Shown: positions 1-12,632 of the stretch, piece by piece
Layout of the letters: every line of letters starts with the position of its first letter
How positions within the stretch are numbered: position 1 is the stretch's first letter
Origin: Eledone cirrhosa
Taxonomy: Eukaryota
NCBI GenBank assembly: GCA_964016885.1
Contig: OZ024742.1
Location: 317,192,001 to 317,256,000 of the forward strand
Reading direction: 5' to 3'
Length of the DNA: 64,000 bases
Notes under the pieces: generated by a model
Told to the model about the DNA's origin: nothing
The model's database searches: none
The model's input: the letters and a program-made list of their open reading frames with translations, nothing else
Made by a program: the position numbers and the translations under genes

Positions 1-184
1 CTTCCAGATATACCAGATTCTTCGTTGTACCGTTTGTGCATAGTATATGAACAATTCTAGGTGCTCCCACCTAGAATAGTGACCTCTAGGAGATGGTTCA
101 TCTTCTGTCTGATTGTAAAACGTGTATCATTGCATAGACGTGGTTGTTCCACGTTTCTCAAAAGGATGATGGGAGTTCCAATCT
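1..184 (-). pseudogene. Helitron RepHel PIF1-helicase C-terminal fragments (internally deleted)
   Basis: Minus strand translates KIGTPIILLRNVEQPRLCNDTRF...LLEVTILG, then VGAPRIVHILCTNGTTKNLVYLE in another frame. These resemble the Helitron PIF1 motifs KVGxPIMLLRN..PRLCNGTR and TKNVVYxE. Confidence 0.7.
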
Positions 185-239
185 TTTATATTATATGTAG
201 ATATAGATATACATAATTAATATAAAAGATGATGCTCAG

Positions 240-445
240 CCAGTCGTCTTCAACCATCACAGCACGCCGTCGCTGCTTGGCTCCAGTGTTTCGTTGGCGT
301 TGTTCAACCAGCTCCTCTTCATTCATGGCGGCACGTCTTCGCCTCTGAAGTTCGGCGTTCCGATGGCGCTGTTCGGCCCGTTTTTCTTCATTCCTGGCTG
401 CACGCCGTCGCCGCTGTAATTCACTGTTTGATAAAGTCGAATTGC
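240..445 (-). pseudogene. Helitron N-terminal STPR-like charged repeats
   Basis: ORF 186..593 has three ~23-aa units (ELQRRRRAAxNEE..EQRxRN) on the same strand as the adjacent helicase fragment. Confidence 0.45.
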
Positions 446-769
446 TTTTACTTTCTGTGGAACGCTGCACGAACGCACGCACACATAAACACACGCGCAT
501 GTACATACACACGCACACATGGTAATAGTTACAGCGTTCACTTGGCCTCTGTTTCTTACTCTCCCCTCTCACTCCCTCATTGGCATTATGCATATTAATT
601 TAACTTTCGCGTCGTTGAGGTGGGCGGTGTCGTTTGAAACCTATGAACCACTGATAATCGAGAATTATGACACACAGAATACTGACATTGTTGAAATTCA
701 TATATAGATGTAGGAATTTATTTACAGAGACCGGCACCACAAGGCCTTTTTTGTCGGTATCGTGACGGG

Positions 770-1100
770 TTCATTATTGGTGTTATTGTTGTTGGCACTG
801 TTGCCGCTTCCTGCGAGATGGGGCGATGTTGCTGTTGTTGTCGTTGTTATTGTTGCTGTCATTGTCGTTAATTGTCGTTGATTGTTGTTGTAGTTGTCGT
901 TGTCGTTGTCGTTGCTGTTGTCTTGATTATAGCTGTCAAGTGTGTATATCGCCCAATCTCAGAGTTCTGTTTATTTCTGTTGTTGTCGTCGTTGTTGTTA
1001 TTGTTGTTGTTGTTAGCTGGTCATTACTATCACTGCGACTGCAACGGCCAGTGTAGGTGATGCTGTTCGGTGTTTGCTGATATTGTTGTTGTTGTTGTTG
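770..1100. repeat. Degenerate (GTT/GTC)n trinucleotide repeat
   Basis: Seen directly; explains the poly-V/L/C ORFs. Confidence 0.9.
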
Positions 1101-1566
1101 TCTTGAATGTGGTTTTCATCAAAATGTGAATGTTACCCTCCCTCAGAGTTACATTTATTGCTTTCACTATCTGCTGGATTCTAGCTACGTATAGACTATC
1201 GTTCGATACTGGTCAACACAACACACTTGAGGGATTACTCTTTTGATAATTTATGACCCTAATTCAGTGGGGGCGGGATGCACGTGAGTTCTGATTTCGC
1301 TACTTGACACATATGAATAACACTTTGCTCCAGAAAACACGACGGCTGGGAAACCCTCTTAGAACTCATGCCTGCCAGGCGCACGAGCAGAAGGACGTGT
1401 TTTTCCTACCGGCGGCATATAACGAAATCGAATTTCATCTAAGGATACCGTTCTCATAACAACAAAAAATGCATGAATTACACCTTTATTGCATGGGAGA
1501 ACCCTTGATATAATTATACTGAATAAACGATTTATGTAACATCAGCATCTTTCTTAATGTTATTAT

Positions 1567-1753
1567 TGGATTGGCAGTATCGCTAGAGGGTCTGACGCGA
1601 TACTTTGTAGCATAGAGCTATGTCCCTTTATCGTCTGAGTTTAAATCCCGCCGAGGTTATCTTTGGCTTTCATCCTTACGGGGTCGATAAAATAAAGTAC
1701 CAGCAATGTACTGGGATAATTGCTGGCCTTGTGCCAAAAAGTAGAAACAATTA
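1567..1753 (+). mobile_element. tRNA-derived SINE (family S1)
   Basis: Head TGGCAGTATCG..GAGTTTAAATCCC (A/B-box like), central CTTTCATCCTTACGGGGTCGATAAAATAAAGTACCAG (Meta-SINE-like from memory), tail GGCCTTGTGCCAAAAAGTAGAAAC(ATT)n. Many copies in the window. Confidence 0.85.
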
Positions 1754-1879
1754 TTATACTAAATCTCCATCGTAACTACAAATTATGAATGAGAGCTTTC
1801 TCCTGCTTGCTCCTGTTTTTACCAAAACAATCTCTTCGGAACACACACACACACACACACACATATATATGTATATAGT

Positions 1880-2570
1880 TTTGCGAGGTGTTTGATATGA
1901 AATCGTGTGTTAGTACTATACGAACATGCCAGACAACAACACGACGGTAACATAGACAACATAGAAGTTAGAATAATATCTAAACATAGAAATGACCCAG
2001 CAGATAGGCAAATCAGAGAGGCCAGCGAAATAGAACTTAGAAGGCCAAGGCTAAACAGAAAAAATGAATGGAATAACAACACCCAAACAAACAACACTGA
2101 CCTAAGAGAAGTATAAATAAATAAATACATACACAAGCACAATAACAACAAACACATATAAACACACACTAGTAAACTAAGATAGAATACATTAACCAAT
2201 ACACAGTCACCCAAACAAGAACACACATCAAACAAAACACTATACACACACGCAAACGCGTGCGCAGAGAAGACAAAAAAATAAACAAATAAATAAATAA
2301 ATAAATAAACAAACTAAATAAAGATGGCGTAAGCATACAATGCAACGGGAGGAAACATAATAGCACCACTGACGATGTTGCAGATGTGCAACGAAAGAAC
2401 TTTGATAGACTATATATATGTGTTTGTGTCTTTATTGTATCTGTATTTTTGACCGTTGGTCAGTCAATGGCAACATTGAGGACCGAATTAATTAGATTAC
2501 CGATATAAAAGACACAGAAGCGAAAACCAACCAAACAGTGAGTGTCTTCTGTTATTAATTCTGACAATAT
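1880..2570 (+). mobile_element. 5'-truncated PLE: GIY-YIG C-terminus plus 3' UTR
   Basis: VLYEHARQQHDG...RQIREA..I...PRLNRKNEW (ORF 1907..2116) is homologous to ORF 11623..11892; HHR downstream; (TA)n at the left edge. Confidence 0.8.
2367..2405 (+). ncRNA. Minimal type I hammerhead ribozyme
   Basis: CA-CTGACGA-T-GTTGCA-gatg-TGCAAC-GAAA-GAAC-TT-TG; core intact, stems I and III weak. Confidence 0.7.
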
Positions 2571-2584
2571 TACACAAATATGAC

Positions 2585-3465
2585 TTGATAAACACAAATA
2601 CCAACATATTCATATTTGTATTGTAAATGACCAGGTTAGCTAGATTGAAATATACTAATAATAATAATACATTTTGGCCTGTCTCGATTTAAGATAATAA
2701 ATCAATAAAAACAAATCATATTGGCAATGGCCGTAGTGCTTGGACAAATTTAAATTTCAAAATCAAACCTGTTCCGTAGACAGGTTTAAACGTTAAAATC
2801 CAAATATGTTTCGAATAATGAAAAAGTGAAAGAATACCGCATTTTGATCTCCTCAGCAAGCACTATAAAAATTAGTATGTTTCACTTCAAAATATTTAGA
2901 AAGACTGATCAACGCACATGGTATTTCACGCGGTTATCCAGTGTCTAGCTGTCACATACTCGTGCTGCTAGAAATAACAGCCGTTTGTATGGGGCTAAAT
3001 TCAGCTCAACAAAGGAGCAGTGATACTATCAATAATAATGAGTTCAAAACTCAGGCAGTCTTTTACTTTGCTGTTATTTCTAGCAGCACGAGTATGTGAC
3101 AGCTAGACACTGGATAACCGCGTGAAATACCATGTGCGTTGATCAGTCTTTCTAAATATTTTGAAGTGAAACATACCAATTGTTATAGTGCTTGCTGAGG
3201 AGATCAAAATGCGGTATTCTTTCACTTTTTCATTATTCGAAACATATTTGGATTTTAACGTTTAAACCTGTCTACGGAACAGGTTTGATTTTGAAATTTA
3301 AATTTGTCCAAGCACTACGGCCATTGCCAATATGATTTGTTTTTATTGATTTATTATCTTAAATCGAGACAGGCAAAATGTATTATTATTATTAGTATAT
3401 TTCAATCTAGCTAACCTGGTCATTTACAATACAAATATGAATATGTTGGTATTTGTGTTTATCAA
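2585..3465. repeat. Long inverted repeat, ~397-bp arms (2585-2981, 3070-3465), 88-bp spacer
   Basis: Arms are near-perfect reverse complements, only a few differences by eye. Confidence 0.95.
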
Positions 3466-3497
3466 ATATATTAATTTACATTAACTTGTATATATAT

Positions 3498-3873
3498 ATA
3501 TACTATAAATACATTTATGTATATACATCGCTATTTTAGAGCACCAATACTAATACTTAATTTTTGCTGGACCGGCAATCGCTCTGTGTAATCAGCTCCT
3601 GGTTATTACTGGAATTCTATAAGAATCCAGCTTCTATAATTTTCGGCAAAGGCTAGGTAGTGCGTGGTTTTGATAAACGGCAAACAACGAGAAACAGATT
3701 GACAGCTTCTCTCACTGCCTTTGCCAAAAATAAGTAAGTGACATAGTCACTACTTTAAAACTAGTAGTGAATGGTCTTCTAAATGTTTTTTTGATTAAAC
3801 ATACGGTATATTGCCAAATATACTATACATACATTCATGTATACATCGCTATTTCAGAGCAACAATATTAATA
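3498..3873. repeat. ~57-bp direct repeats (3498-3555, 3818-3873) bounding a ~320-bp unit in (TA)n
   Basis: atatactata.atacatt.atgt..atacatcgctattt.agagca.caata.taata occurs twice. Confidence 0.75.
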
Positions 3874-3884
3874 TATATATGTAT

Positions 3885-3916
<32 letters not shown>

Positions 3917-4600
3917 TCAATGCAAGGGGATGCAGAACAATTATATGAAAGACGTAAAATAAGAAAATTATAAAAATTAACTTACTTACTAAAATTTCCG
4001 AATGGAACGCATGGAGAAACCTTTCGTCATCAGGAAGCTCATTCTCAGCTAAGTTACCAGGCGATGCGTGGACACAGGGAACTTATACAAAAATAATTCA
4101 GTGGATGGAAAAAAGCAAGCGTGGACTAAATTCCAAACATTGAAAAAATCACTGCCTACTTGGTCGGTGGCAAATTCAAAAGAATCAATCACGTGACATC
4201 GAGGTTAATGTTGAGCAAAAATTTGCCGAAACTGCTACTATAGTTCATAGTAATGGCTCGGCCACTGTCTTTTTAACACCCCACTCCTCACTGATTAACC
4301 TCGATGTCACGTGATTGATTCTTTTAAATTTGCCACCGACCAAGTAGGCAGTGATTTTTTCAATGTCTTGGAATTTAGTCCACGCTTGCTTTTTTCCATC
4401 CACTGAATTATTTTTGTATAAGTTCCCTGTGTCCATGCATCGCCTGGTAACTTAGCTGAGAATGAGCTTCCTGATTACGAAAGGTTTCTCCATGCGTTCC
4501 ATTCGGAAACCATGTTTATTCCCTTTCAGAAACTAATTACTTGGAGTGAAATTTTAGTAAGTAAGTTAATTTTTATAATTTTCTTATTTCACGTCTTTCA
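3917..4600. mobile_element. PLE pLTR family C as a fold-back (arms ~3946-4209 and ~4294-4600)
   Basis: Arms are reverse complements, the left lacking ~38 bp; (TA)n on both sides; diverged relative at 58063-58686. HHR-like CTGATGA-CGAA..TTCG-GAAA at 3995-4033(-) and a mutated copy at 4471-4509(+). Confidence 0.8.
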
Positions 4601-4621
4601 TATATATATATATACACACAC

Positions 4622-5202
4622 ATTTTATTCATATGTAACCCATGTGCAACTACGCAGCCCTCCATTCTTCTCATATTTATATTTTTTCCTCAGCTGCGAT
4701 TGTCTGTTTCTTTCTTACTGCTTCGCCTTCTCTCTGTATCTCTCACCTTCTTTTACCCCCTCTGTCAGTCACACTCTCTCTCGACTGGCCTCTTCCTCAC
4801 ACTTCCACTCACTCACTCTCTGCTTCTCCCCCTCTCTCACTTCCTTCCGTTTGACCTGTGTGAAATCCTTTTCTCGCTCACATCTCACCCATGTCGGATG
4901 GTCTGTATATCTCTCTCGTCCATGAATTCACCAAGCTTAAGCTTAATAGATATCATGTACTTGTGTCTTCCTACCTTTCCGTTGCAATACCATCTTTGTT
5001 TGTTTACATGTCTCGCTCGCTTCACGCTATATTACTGGTCCCAATAGCTTTATTTAGATATTGCTCGCACCAACTAGAGGTATATGATTTTTAAAGCGAT
5101 GAAATACCAATGAAGGTTGGAAAATCACTGACGAAGGACTAATTTTATTCATATGTAACCCATGTGCAACCACGCAGCACTCCATTCTTCTCATATTTAT
5201 AT
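4622..5202 (+). mobile_element. Non-coding unit with ~61-bp direct terminal repeats and a partial HHR (pLTR/retrozyme-like)
   Basis: Repeats 4622-4682 and 5142-5202 differ by 2 mismatches. TA-TGATTTT..AAAATCA-CTGACGA-AGGAC at 5083-5139; (TA)n flanks. Confidence 0.55.
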
Positions 5203-5881
5203 ATATATATATATATATATATACATAGGTGTATATATATGTGTATACATATACGTATATATATATGTGTGTGTGTGTATGTGTGTGTGTGTGTTTATGT
5301 ATATGCATGTGTTTTTATTTTACTTTACGTTTGTGTGCGTGTCCGTAAATATATTCGCACACGCACACACACGGAAGCAAGAATGGTCATTCAGAAAGTT
5401 ACAATGTATGACGAAACAACTGTGACAATTAAATATGATAACTAAATAGTCATCCGGTTGCTACATTAACCATGGAATGGATTAGTTACCTAATTAATAA
5501 TGAAAGTGGTGCATGAGTTTTTATTGGCCACACAACCATCAAACATTATAACAATAGCTGTTTCAATATATATTTTCATATAAAGAAACTTGGAAAACAA
5601 ATAACAAATAAATATCAAAGTATATATATGTATATATATATGTACATAGTCACTATCCAGGAAGCTCCAACCGTTAAGGTTGTCTTTTTTCCGGGTATGT
5701 CAATATTTATTTATAAAACAAATCTGTATTTTATCTGATCAAAGCGCACCATAATTTGCCTTGGTTGCCCTTGAAATATGTATAATAAAATAAATATGGT
5801 TTTATAAATATAGTTTCCATTCAGTAATATATTGTATATATATATATATTTATTATTTATTTATATATATAACTATATATA

Positions 5882-5949
<68 letters not shown>

Positions 5950-5952
5950 TAT

Positions 5953-6021
5953 ATTTCTTTTATTTGCCACTAGGGCATCAAAAGTGGGGCAAGTACAAAG
6001 GGGGGAGTTTACACAAAAAAA
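5953..6021 (-). mobile_element. Tx1/L1 3'-terminal fragment
   Basis: Matches the 3' end of the copy at 51627-51695; (GATA)n adjacent. Confidence 0.85.
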
Positions 6022-6088
6022 TATATATATAGATAGATAGATAGATATATATATATATATATATATATATAATTGTTGAATGGTGGAA

Positions 6089-6161
6089 AGTGTTACACGT
6101 GTTTCAATGCTTTACAACTACTTCCTGTAGAAGAGAAATTTCAAGCATGTTCAGAAAAACT
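6089..6161 (-). ncRNA. Degenerate hammerhead ribozyme
   Basis: RC: CTGAACA-TGCTT..AAGCATT-GAAA-CACGTG-TA; core has a G8C change and stem I is poor. Confidence 0.45.
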
Positions 6162-6431
6162 GTAAACTTGAAATTTGTAAATTAAAACAATGAAAAGGTA
6201 AAGTATCAACTAGTATCCGAAATACGGTATATTATAATCAAGAAAAGGCTTTATGTTCACCCTGTATAGATAGAGAGATAGATAGAGAGGGGGGGATACA
6301 TAACCGTGTGTATGTGCATGTGTACAGTAAAATGGAAGTGGTGATGAGATTTAAAAAAGGAAATCCTTCTAATACGTTCATTTTCTCAGGAGCGAAACTT
6401 TTGGGACCATCACCATGCATTAATGTCTCCA

Positions 6432-6585
6432 CATCTCTGTCTTAGTGAGAAATTTCGAATATTCCAAGGTTTGTCATCTCCGAACAATAATTATTTGAAC
6501 ACAAAGAGAGAACATTTTAGAGGAACCCCAACTACTTCCTAAATGGAAATTCTCAACAAATTCGACTGATTTTCAACCGCCTTAA
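6432..6585 (+). pseudogene. PLE GIY-YIG C-terminal remnant
   Basis: HLCLSEKFRIFQGLSSPNNNYLNTKREHF resembles the CxLCLxEK...LNKRxE tail seen at 10495-10728. Confidence 0.55.
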
Positions 6586-7058
6586 TTTGATTTATATAAT
6601 TTCGTTAAATCTTTTCTTTATCATTTACGCTCCACTCTTACACATTACAATACATTTTCTATACTACACAACTCCTTAATAAATATTAGCATCTCCATAT
6701 TACATTCCACTACATAATGCAATGATTCTCCAATAGCATACGAAAACTAACACGTGAACGATGTTGCTTTTTGAATTAACATCTTGAAGATATATTCCGA
6801 TGTCTTTTTTGTCTCGTAAACTAGCGATTTTAGCACACATTGCTTTTAACGTTATTCTATAGGTCACAATTTTGATCCTTCTTGTATTCTGGAGGTGTGG
6901 TCAAAACTGGGTCTTGAAACCCTGAGTAGCGGTTTTGTTCCGTGTAAGAACATAAACAAATATAATATTTCTGTTTTTTTTCTGATTGAAGACTATTTTC
7001 TTTTTTCCATTTTCACACACAGACACAGACACAGACGCACACACTCACACACGAGCAT

Positions 7059-7126
<68 letters not shown>

Positions 7127-7145
7127 CCCCCCCCCCCACACACAC

Positions 7146-7177
<32 letters not shown>

Positions 7178-8156
7178 ATAATGCTTCTGTGATTTGATAT
7201 TTATCTTTTCATTGATATGTCTATGTATATTAGTGACATATAACTTTTTGTTTGATACACACACAGAGTGAGTGAGTGAGAGAGAGAGAGAATAAGAGAG
7301 AAAGAGAGACAGACAGGCAGAATAAAAACCGACAAGGACGATAAATTTTTCTCGCCAACTTATCGTTGCCACTTAATTAGCTTCTAGTTTGTGAAACTGA
7401 ATCAGTGAAAAGTAATGAGGTAAAAATTATGGACTAAATATAATGGTAAAAACACTCTGGCCAACAACATTTCCTGAACATATTGACATTCGAAGAAGAA
7501 GAAAAACTGATGTTATTTTTGAAAACTAGATAATATAATATAGCGTAATAATGAAAGAAAAGAATAGAAAATCATACTTGTAAACAAAGGACCGTGATAG
7601 ATTATTGGTAAATTGAACACAAGATTTTAATAAAAAAGAAAGAAAAGAAGAACGCAATTCGAGTACGAAGCAGGGAATTTTAGGGGAAGGCAAATGTCAT
7701 GGTTTTTATAGGATATCAGACAAATTTCGCTTTCAAATTAATTGTTTTCACTATGTAACGTTGGGAATTAGTTTGAATGTTTGTGGCCTGAAACCTAATT
7801 GAAAGTAAGAGTTCATACTACACTGTGCATTTGAGCTGGTAATTGAGACGGGCCATTGGCTGTTCATGTGAAGCTCTAGACACAATAGATAAAATGGTAG
7901 AAGGTCTTCAAAATACAATGGAACAGATGTAATTATCTTTTCCACTCTCATTAAGTTTGCTATTACTAATGGTCTTCGGATACACTACGTCATACGATTT
8001 TCTGTCAAAGAATCCCCAGAACAAATACTGTACTGTATGTAATAGTAAAATACTTTTTCAATTACTATCTAATCTGTGACTTGAATAAAGACTTTTGCGT
8101 CACCGAGGGATATTAAAACCAATCCTCATATTAATGAGATATATTGTTATAATTAT

Positions 8157-8345
8157 TTCTACTTTTGACACAAGGCCAGCAATGTGAAGAGAAGGGGGAA
8201 AAGACGATTGAATCAACCTCAGTGCATTACTGATACTTTAATTTATCGACCATTAAGTATGAAAGATGCGATTTGAACTTAGAATGTAAAGGTCCATAAC
8301 TCTATGCCACAAAGCATGTTGTCCGACATTCTACCGATACTGCCG
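8157..8345 (-). mobile_element. SINE S1, diverged
   Basis: ttctacttttgacacaaggccagc...tttatcgac...ctaccgatactgcc. Confidence 0.7.
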
Positions 8346-8994
8346 ATTCAATATACATATACTGTTATAATAACACGAGTCTTAACAAAACCAAAGGCAG
8401 CGTATGGGATAGCAACACAACGTAAACAGGTGGCTATATTTTTATAAAGACCAAACATTTTCTATTCAACAAATTGCAATTGGGTTATATTTGTTTACGA
8501 GCTGATGAAACTCGTTGGCATACGGAGCGGTAGCCGACCATATATATATGTGTGTGTGTGTCTGTCTGTCTGTTTTGTGTGTGTGTTGTGTGTATGTGTT
8601 GTGTGTGTGTGTGTGTGTGTGCGTGTGTGTGTGTATTTAATATAGAAATGGTTTCTACAGAACTAGAACCGTTTCATAAAAAGCCGACTGTCCAAGTAAT
8701 GTGGTTACCCCCGATTAAACCCGGGATAAACTTATATATATGTGTGTGTGTGGGGGGGGGGGGGTTGTAAAAAGTAGTTTTCTTTCTTTTTTGTTTTATC
8801 CCATCAGACAAGTCTTGTATGATGATTCTACCAGTGCACAAGTGAAATTCCAGAGTAACAGAGCCCCTAACTTAACGATAATAAATGAATATTTAAACTC
8901 TACTTTGGTATTGGATACACTTTTGCTCGTTCGTCATTAACAAACACATGCATGCGCGTACACATGTACATACACACACATACACAAACACACA

Positions 8995-9044
<50 letters not shown>

Positions 9045-9175
9045 ATATGATTATTATATATATATATACACATGCAAAGGTAGATGTATTTCAAGAGAAA
9101 GGAATAAAAATAATTTAATTAATGAATTGACTGGGTAATTAAATAATTAAGCCCGTAATTAGTGATGCAAAGAAC

Positions 9176-9247
<72 letters not shown>

Positions 9248-9337
9248 GTATATATATACATATATATGTGTATATACATATATACACTTATATATGTATT
9301 ATATGTATATATACATATGTATTATATGTAAATATAC

Positions 9338-9475
<138 letters not shown>

Positions 9476-9652
9476 ATCTACCAAAATATACGGTAGTGTC
9501 CAATCCGTATGAAGAACTGAATGTAATCCAAATATCATGAAAAGAGATGTATTCAAAAATGTTTTCAATGAAAATCACAGGAAAACAGAGTCAAGATAAA
9601 TTAATAAAAACAATGAATAAAACCAAAGAAACAGTTCCTTATATTAAAAAAT

Positions 9653-9790
9653 TCATCAGTTTACGATCGTTTGTAGGATATATATGTGTGTGTTGGTATG
9701 TATATCATATAGATCTATGTAAAAATTTTACAAACTATCAGAGGGAATATACATACCTACATATATATATGCTGTCTTCAGAAATAATGA
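9653..9790 (-). ncRNA. Hammerhead ribozyme, inactivated mirror copy
   Basis: Mirror of 11395-11532 with GAAA changed to CAAA. Confidence 0.6.
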
Positions 9791-10494
9791 TATTTGTTTA
9801 TTGAAAAAAACAACAAAGATTTAATATAATAGGTCTGTTTGGGAACACGTTTTGAATTGACCAATAGAAAAGTAGTAAGTGGTTAAGTTGATAGAATAGT
9901 AGTAGTAGAAATTTAATTTAGGGGTAGAGGAATGCAAATTTCAGTTTTGAATGGAAAGAATACTTTGAATGAAAAGATTACTTTGGGGATGAAAAGAGAT
10001 CAAGCCGGTGAAAGGTACACGAAAATTTGATGCTAATGTTAAAATCGAAGGAGAATAGCATTTTAGGATAAATGTGTTAGTGAGAAATACCAATCTTATT
10101 TAAAACATAAGGAATTTAGATCTATAAAAAGAAATTAAATTAATTTAATTGATAGGTATACTTATAGGGATAAATTTATATTAATTCATATAGATGTGAT
10201 AAATAAGAGTTAGATGTTATTAAAGAATGTTGTTAAAAACGAAGGAAAACATTTTTTGGGGATAAATGTATTAGTGAGAAATAACAGACTTATATAGACT
10301 ACAAGGAATTTAGATTCATAACAGGAAATTAAAATAGTTTATATGTATACTTATAGGTATTAATTTTAGGAAAAGAGAGCTGTAAAAGGGAAATAAAATT
10401 ATAAAGTTCTCAGTAGTAAAATACTAATTATAGGTTAACTAAATTAAAAAAACTAAATTATAATAATTCGTAAAATATAAGTGTAAGGTGTATA

Positions 10495-10727
10495 TTAATT
10501 AGGTTTATAATATTTGAAAGTTCTTCTAATTCTATGATTGCACGATATAATTAATTCTTGTCGCTTATTTAATAGGATATCCCTAGATTTCATTATTTCA
10601 AAAAGTTCCTGGGAACATAATTTACACTCATATTTGTTATTTTGATAAGGGGTTTCCTTTTTGAGCACACTCCAGGTCAGGTTATAATCGATTTTCTTTT
10701 TTCTATAATTATTAATTATTTCAGCCA
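10495..10727 (-). pseudogene. PLE GIY-YIG endonuclease C-terminal part
   Basis: IDYNLTWSVLKKETPY...CKLCSQEL..I...LLNKRQELIISCNHR. Confidence 0.8.
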
Positions 10728-11394
10728 AGTTAACCTATAATTAGTATTTTACTACTGAGAACTTCATAATTTTATTTCCCTTTTACAGCTATCTTTTCCT
10801 AAAATTAATACCTATAAGTATACATATAAACTATTTTAATTTCCTGTTATGAATCTAAATTCCTTGTAGTCTATATAAGTCTGTTATTTCTCACTAATAC
10901 ATTTATCCCCAAAAAATGTTTTCCTTCGTTTTTAACAACATTCTTTAATAACATCTAACTCTTATTTATCACATCTATATGAATTAATATAAATTTATCC
11001 CTATAAGTATACCTATCAATTAAATTAATTTAATTTCTTTTTATAGATCTAAATTCCTTATGTTTTAAATAAGATTGGTATTTCTCACTAACACATTTAT
11101 CCTAAAATGTTATTCTCCTTCGATTTTAACATTACCATTATTCCTTAATAACATCAAATTTTCGTGTACCTTTCACCGGCTTGACCTCTTTTCATCCCCA
11201 AAGTAATCTTTTCATTCAAAGTATTCTTTCCATTCAAAACTGAAGTCTGCATTCCTATACACCTAAATTAAATTTCTACTACTACTATTCTATCAACTTA
11301 ACCACTTACTACTTTTCTATTAGTCAATTCAAAACGTGTTCCCAAACAGACCTATTATATTAAATCTTTGTTGGTTTTTTTCAATAAACAAATA

Positions 11395-11532
11395 TCATTA
11401 TTTCTGAAGACAGCATATATATATGTAGGTATGTATATTCCCTCTGATAGTTTGTAAAATGTTTACATAGATCTATATGATATACATACCAACACACACA
11501 TATATATCCTAGAAACGATCGTAAAATGATGA
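11395..11532 (+). ncRNA. Type I hammerhead ribozyme with ~100-nt stem II
   Basis: TCATTATTT-CTGAAGA-[long imperfect stem II]-GAAA-CGATCG-TA-AAATGATGA; 9-bp stem I (one G-U), palindromic stem III, GUA site. Confidence 0.75.
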
Positions 11533-11560
11533 ATTTTTTAATATAAGGAACTGTTTCTTT

Positions 11561-11594
11561 GTACATCTTATGCTATATATAGCATAAGATGTAC
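11561..11594. repeat. Perfect 34-bp palindrome at a PLE 5' junction
   Basis: GTACATCTTATGCTATA|TATAGCATAAGATGTAC. Confidence 0.95.
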
Positions 11595-12345
11595 TGAAGG
11601 ACAATGTAGAGATAAAAATATAGTGTACATAGGTGAGACAGCTCGTAGTGTAGGGGAACGGATAAATAAACACTGGCCAGACCTTCAAGATAGTAAAGAA
11701 TCATCTGTACTCTACCAACATGCTAAAATAGAACATAAGGGTAAATTAGAGAACATAGAAATAAAAATAGAATCTACACACAGAAAAGACGCTAAGTTTA
11801 GACAAATCACAGAGGCAATAAACATAAAAGAATTACAACCAAAATTAAATAGAAAACATGAGTGGAACAGCAACATCACAACTTACAATTAAGGACAAAA
11901 TGAAAACACACACGCACATAGAACAAACGACCAACCAGTAACATGTAAATAAACAAATAAATAAACGAATATAAACACACACAGACACCCGGATGTGGCG
12001 CATGCGCAGACTGAGCACACAACACACACACAGAAACAAGATGGCGTAGGACAGAACAAAGGAGAGGCACAAAAACAAAGAAAAGAATCCCCAGGCACTG
12101 AACGGGTCACAGAATGTGTGACAAAAGAACTTTGACAATATATAAACAACCATCTGGTTGTGGAACCAACCAACCAACCGGAAATTTATAAATTCCTAAA
12201 TTTATAAATTTATTATAATAAATTGAAGTGAAAGCAACTGGTGCGTGTGTTTCCTATTGGCAACATGACCCTCCCAAAGTATAACAATATCGGTCTCAGC
12301 ACACGTTTTCAGATAAAGAATCTTGCTAAACAAATTCAGAAACGA
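11575..12345 (+). mobile_element. 5'-truncated PLE (possibly Naiad-like): GIY-YIG domain plus 3' UTR
   Basis: IYSIRCTEGQCRDKNIVYIGETARSVGERINKH...RQITEA..I...PKLNRKHEW, stop at 11892. Confidence 0.85.
12096..12134 (+). ncRNA. Degenerate minimal hammerhead ribozyme
   Basis: CA-CTGAACG-G-GTCACA-gaatg-TGTGAC-AAAA-GAAC-TT-TG; positional homolog of 2367-2405. Confidence 0.6.
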
Positions 12346-12406
12346 AATATATATATATATATATATATATAATATAAGATCAAAAGATGGTTAAAAGAGT
12401 TCCAAG

Positions 12407-12477
12407 TATTTTATTATGCGCATTTCAAAAACAAATAAAATCATGGGATGATATCTGCGTTCTCATCAGATAAAATA
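12407..12477 (-). ncRNA. Type I hammerhead ribozyme
   Basis: RC: TATTTTAT-CTGATGA-GAACGCAGATA..TATTTGTTTTT-GAAA-TGCGCA-TA-ATAAAATA; perfect 8-bp stem I, intact core, palindromic stem III. Confidence 0.85.
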
Positions 12478-12542
12478 GGGAGCCATGATATGAAGCTTAA
12501 AAAACACATGTGAATAGTGAAATTTTAAATCAAAATATATAC

Positions 12543-12632
<90 letters not shown>

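Larger units (their letters stand above)
9625..11560 (-). mobile_element. 5'-truncated PLE with inverted 3' UTR (arms 9625-10440 and 10728-11560)
   Basis: ~820-bp reverse-complement arms; the spacer encodes a GIY-YIG C-terminus. Confidence 0.9.

Noticed and set aside
1880-1908. Short inverted coding segment at a PLE 5' end (RC reads HDFISNTSQ)
   Set aside because: Would fit the twin-priming pattern but is too short to support without a consensus.
8502-8540. CTGATGA plus hairpin as a hammerhead
   Set aside because: No GAAA, stem III or stem I partner.
9625-11560. DNA transposon with long TIRs
   Set aside because: The arms are the HHR-bearing 3' UTR of a GIY-YIG ORF, and no transposase is present.
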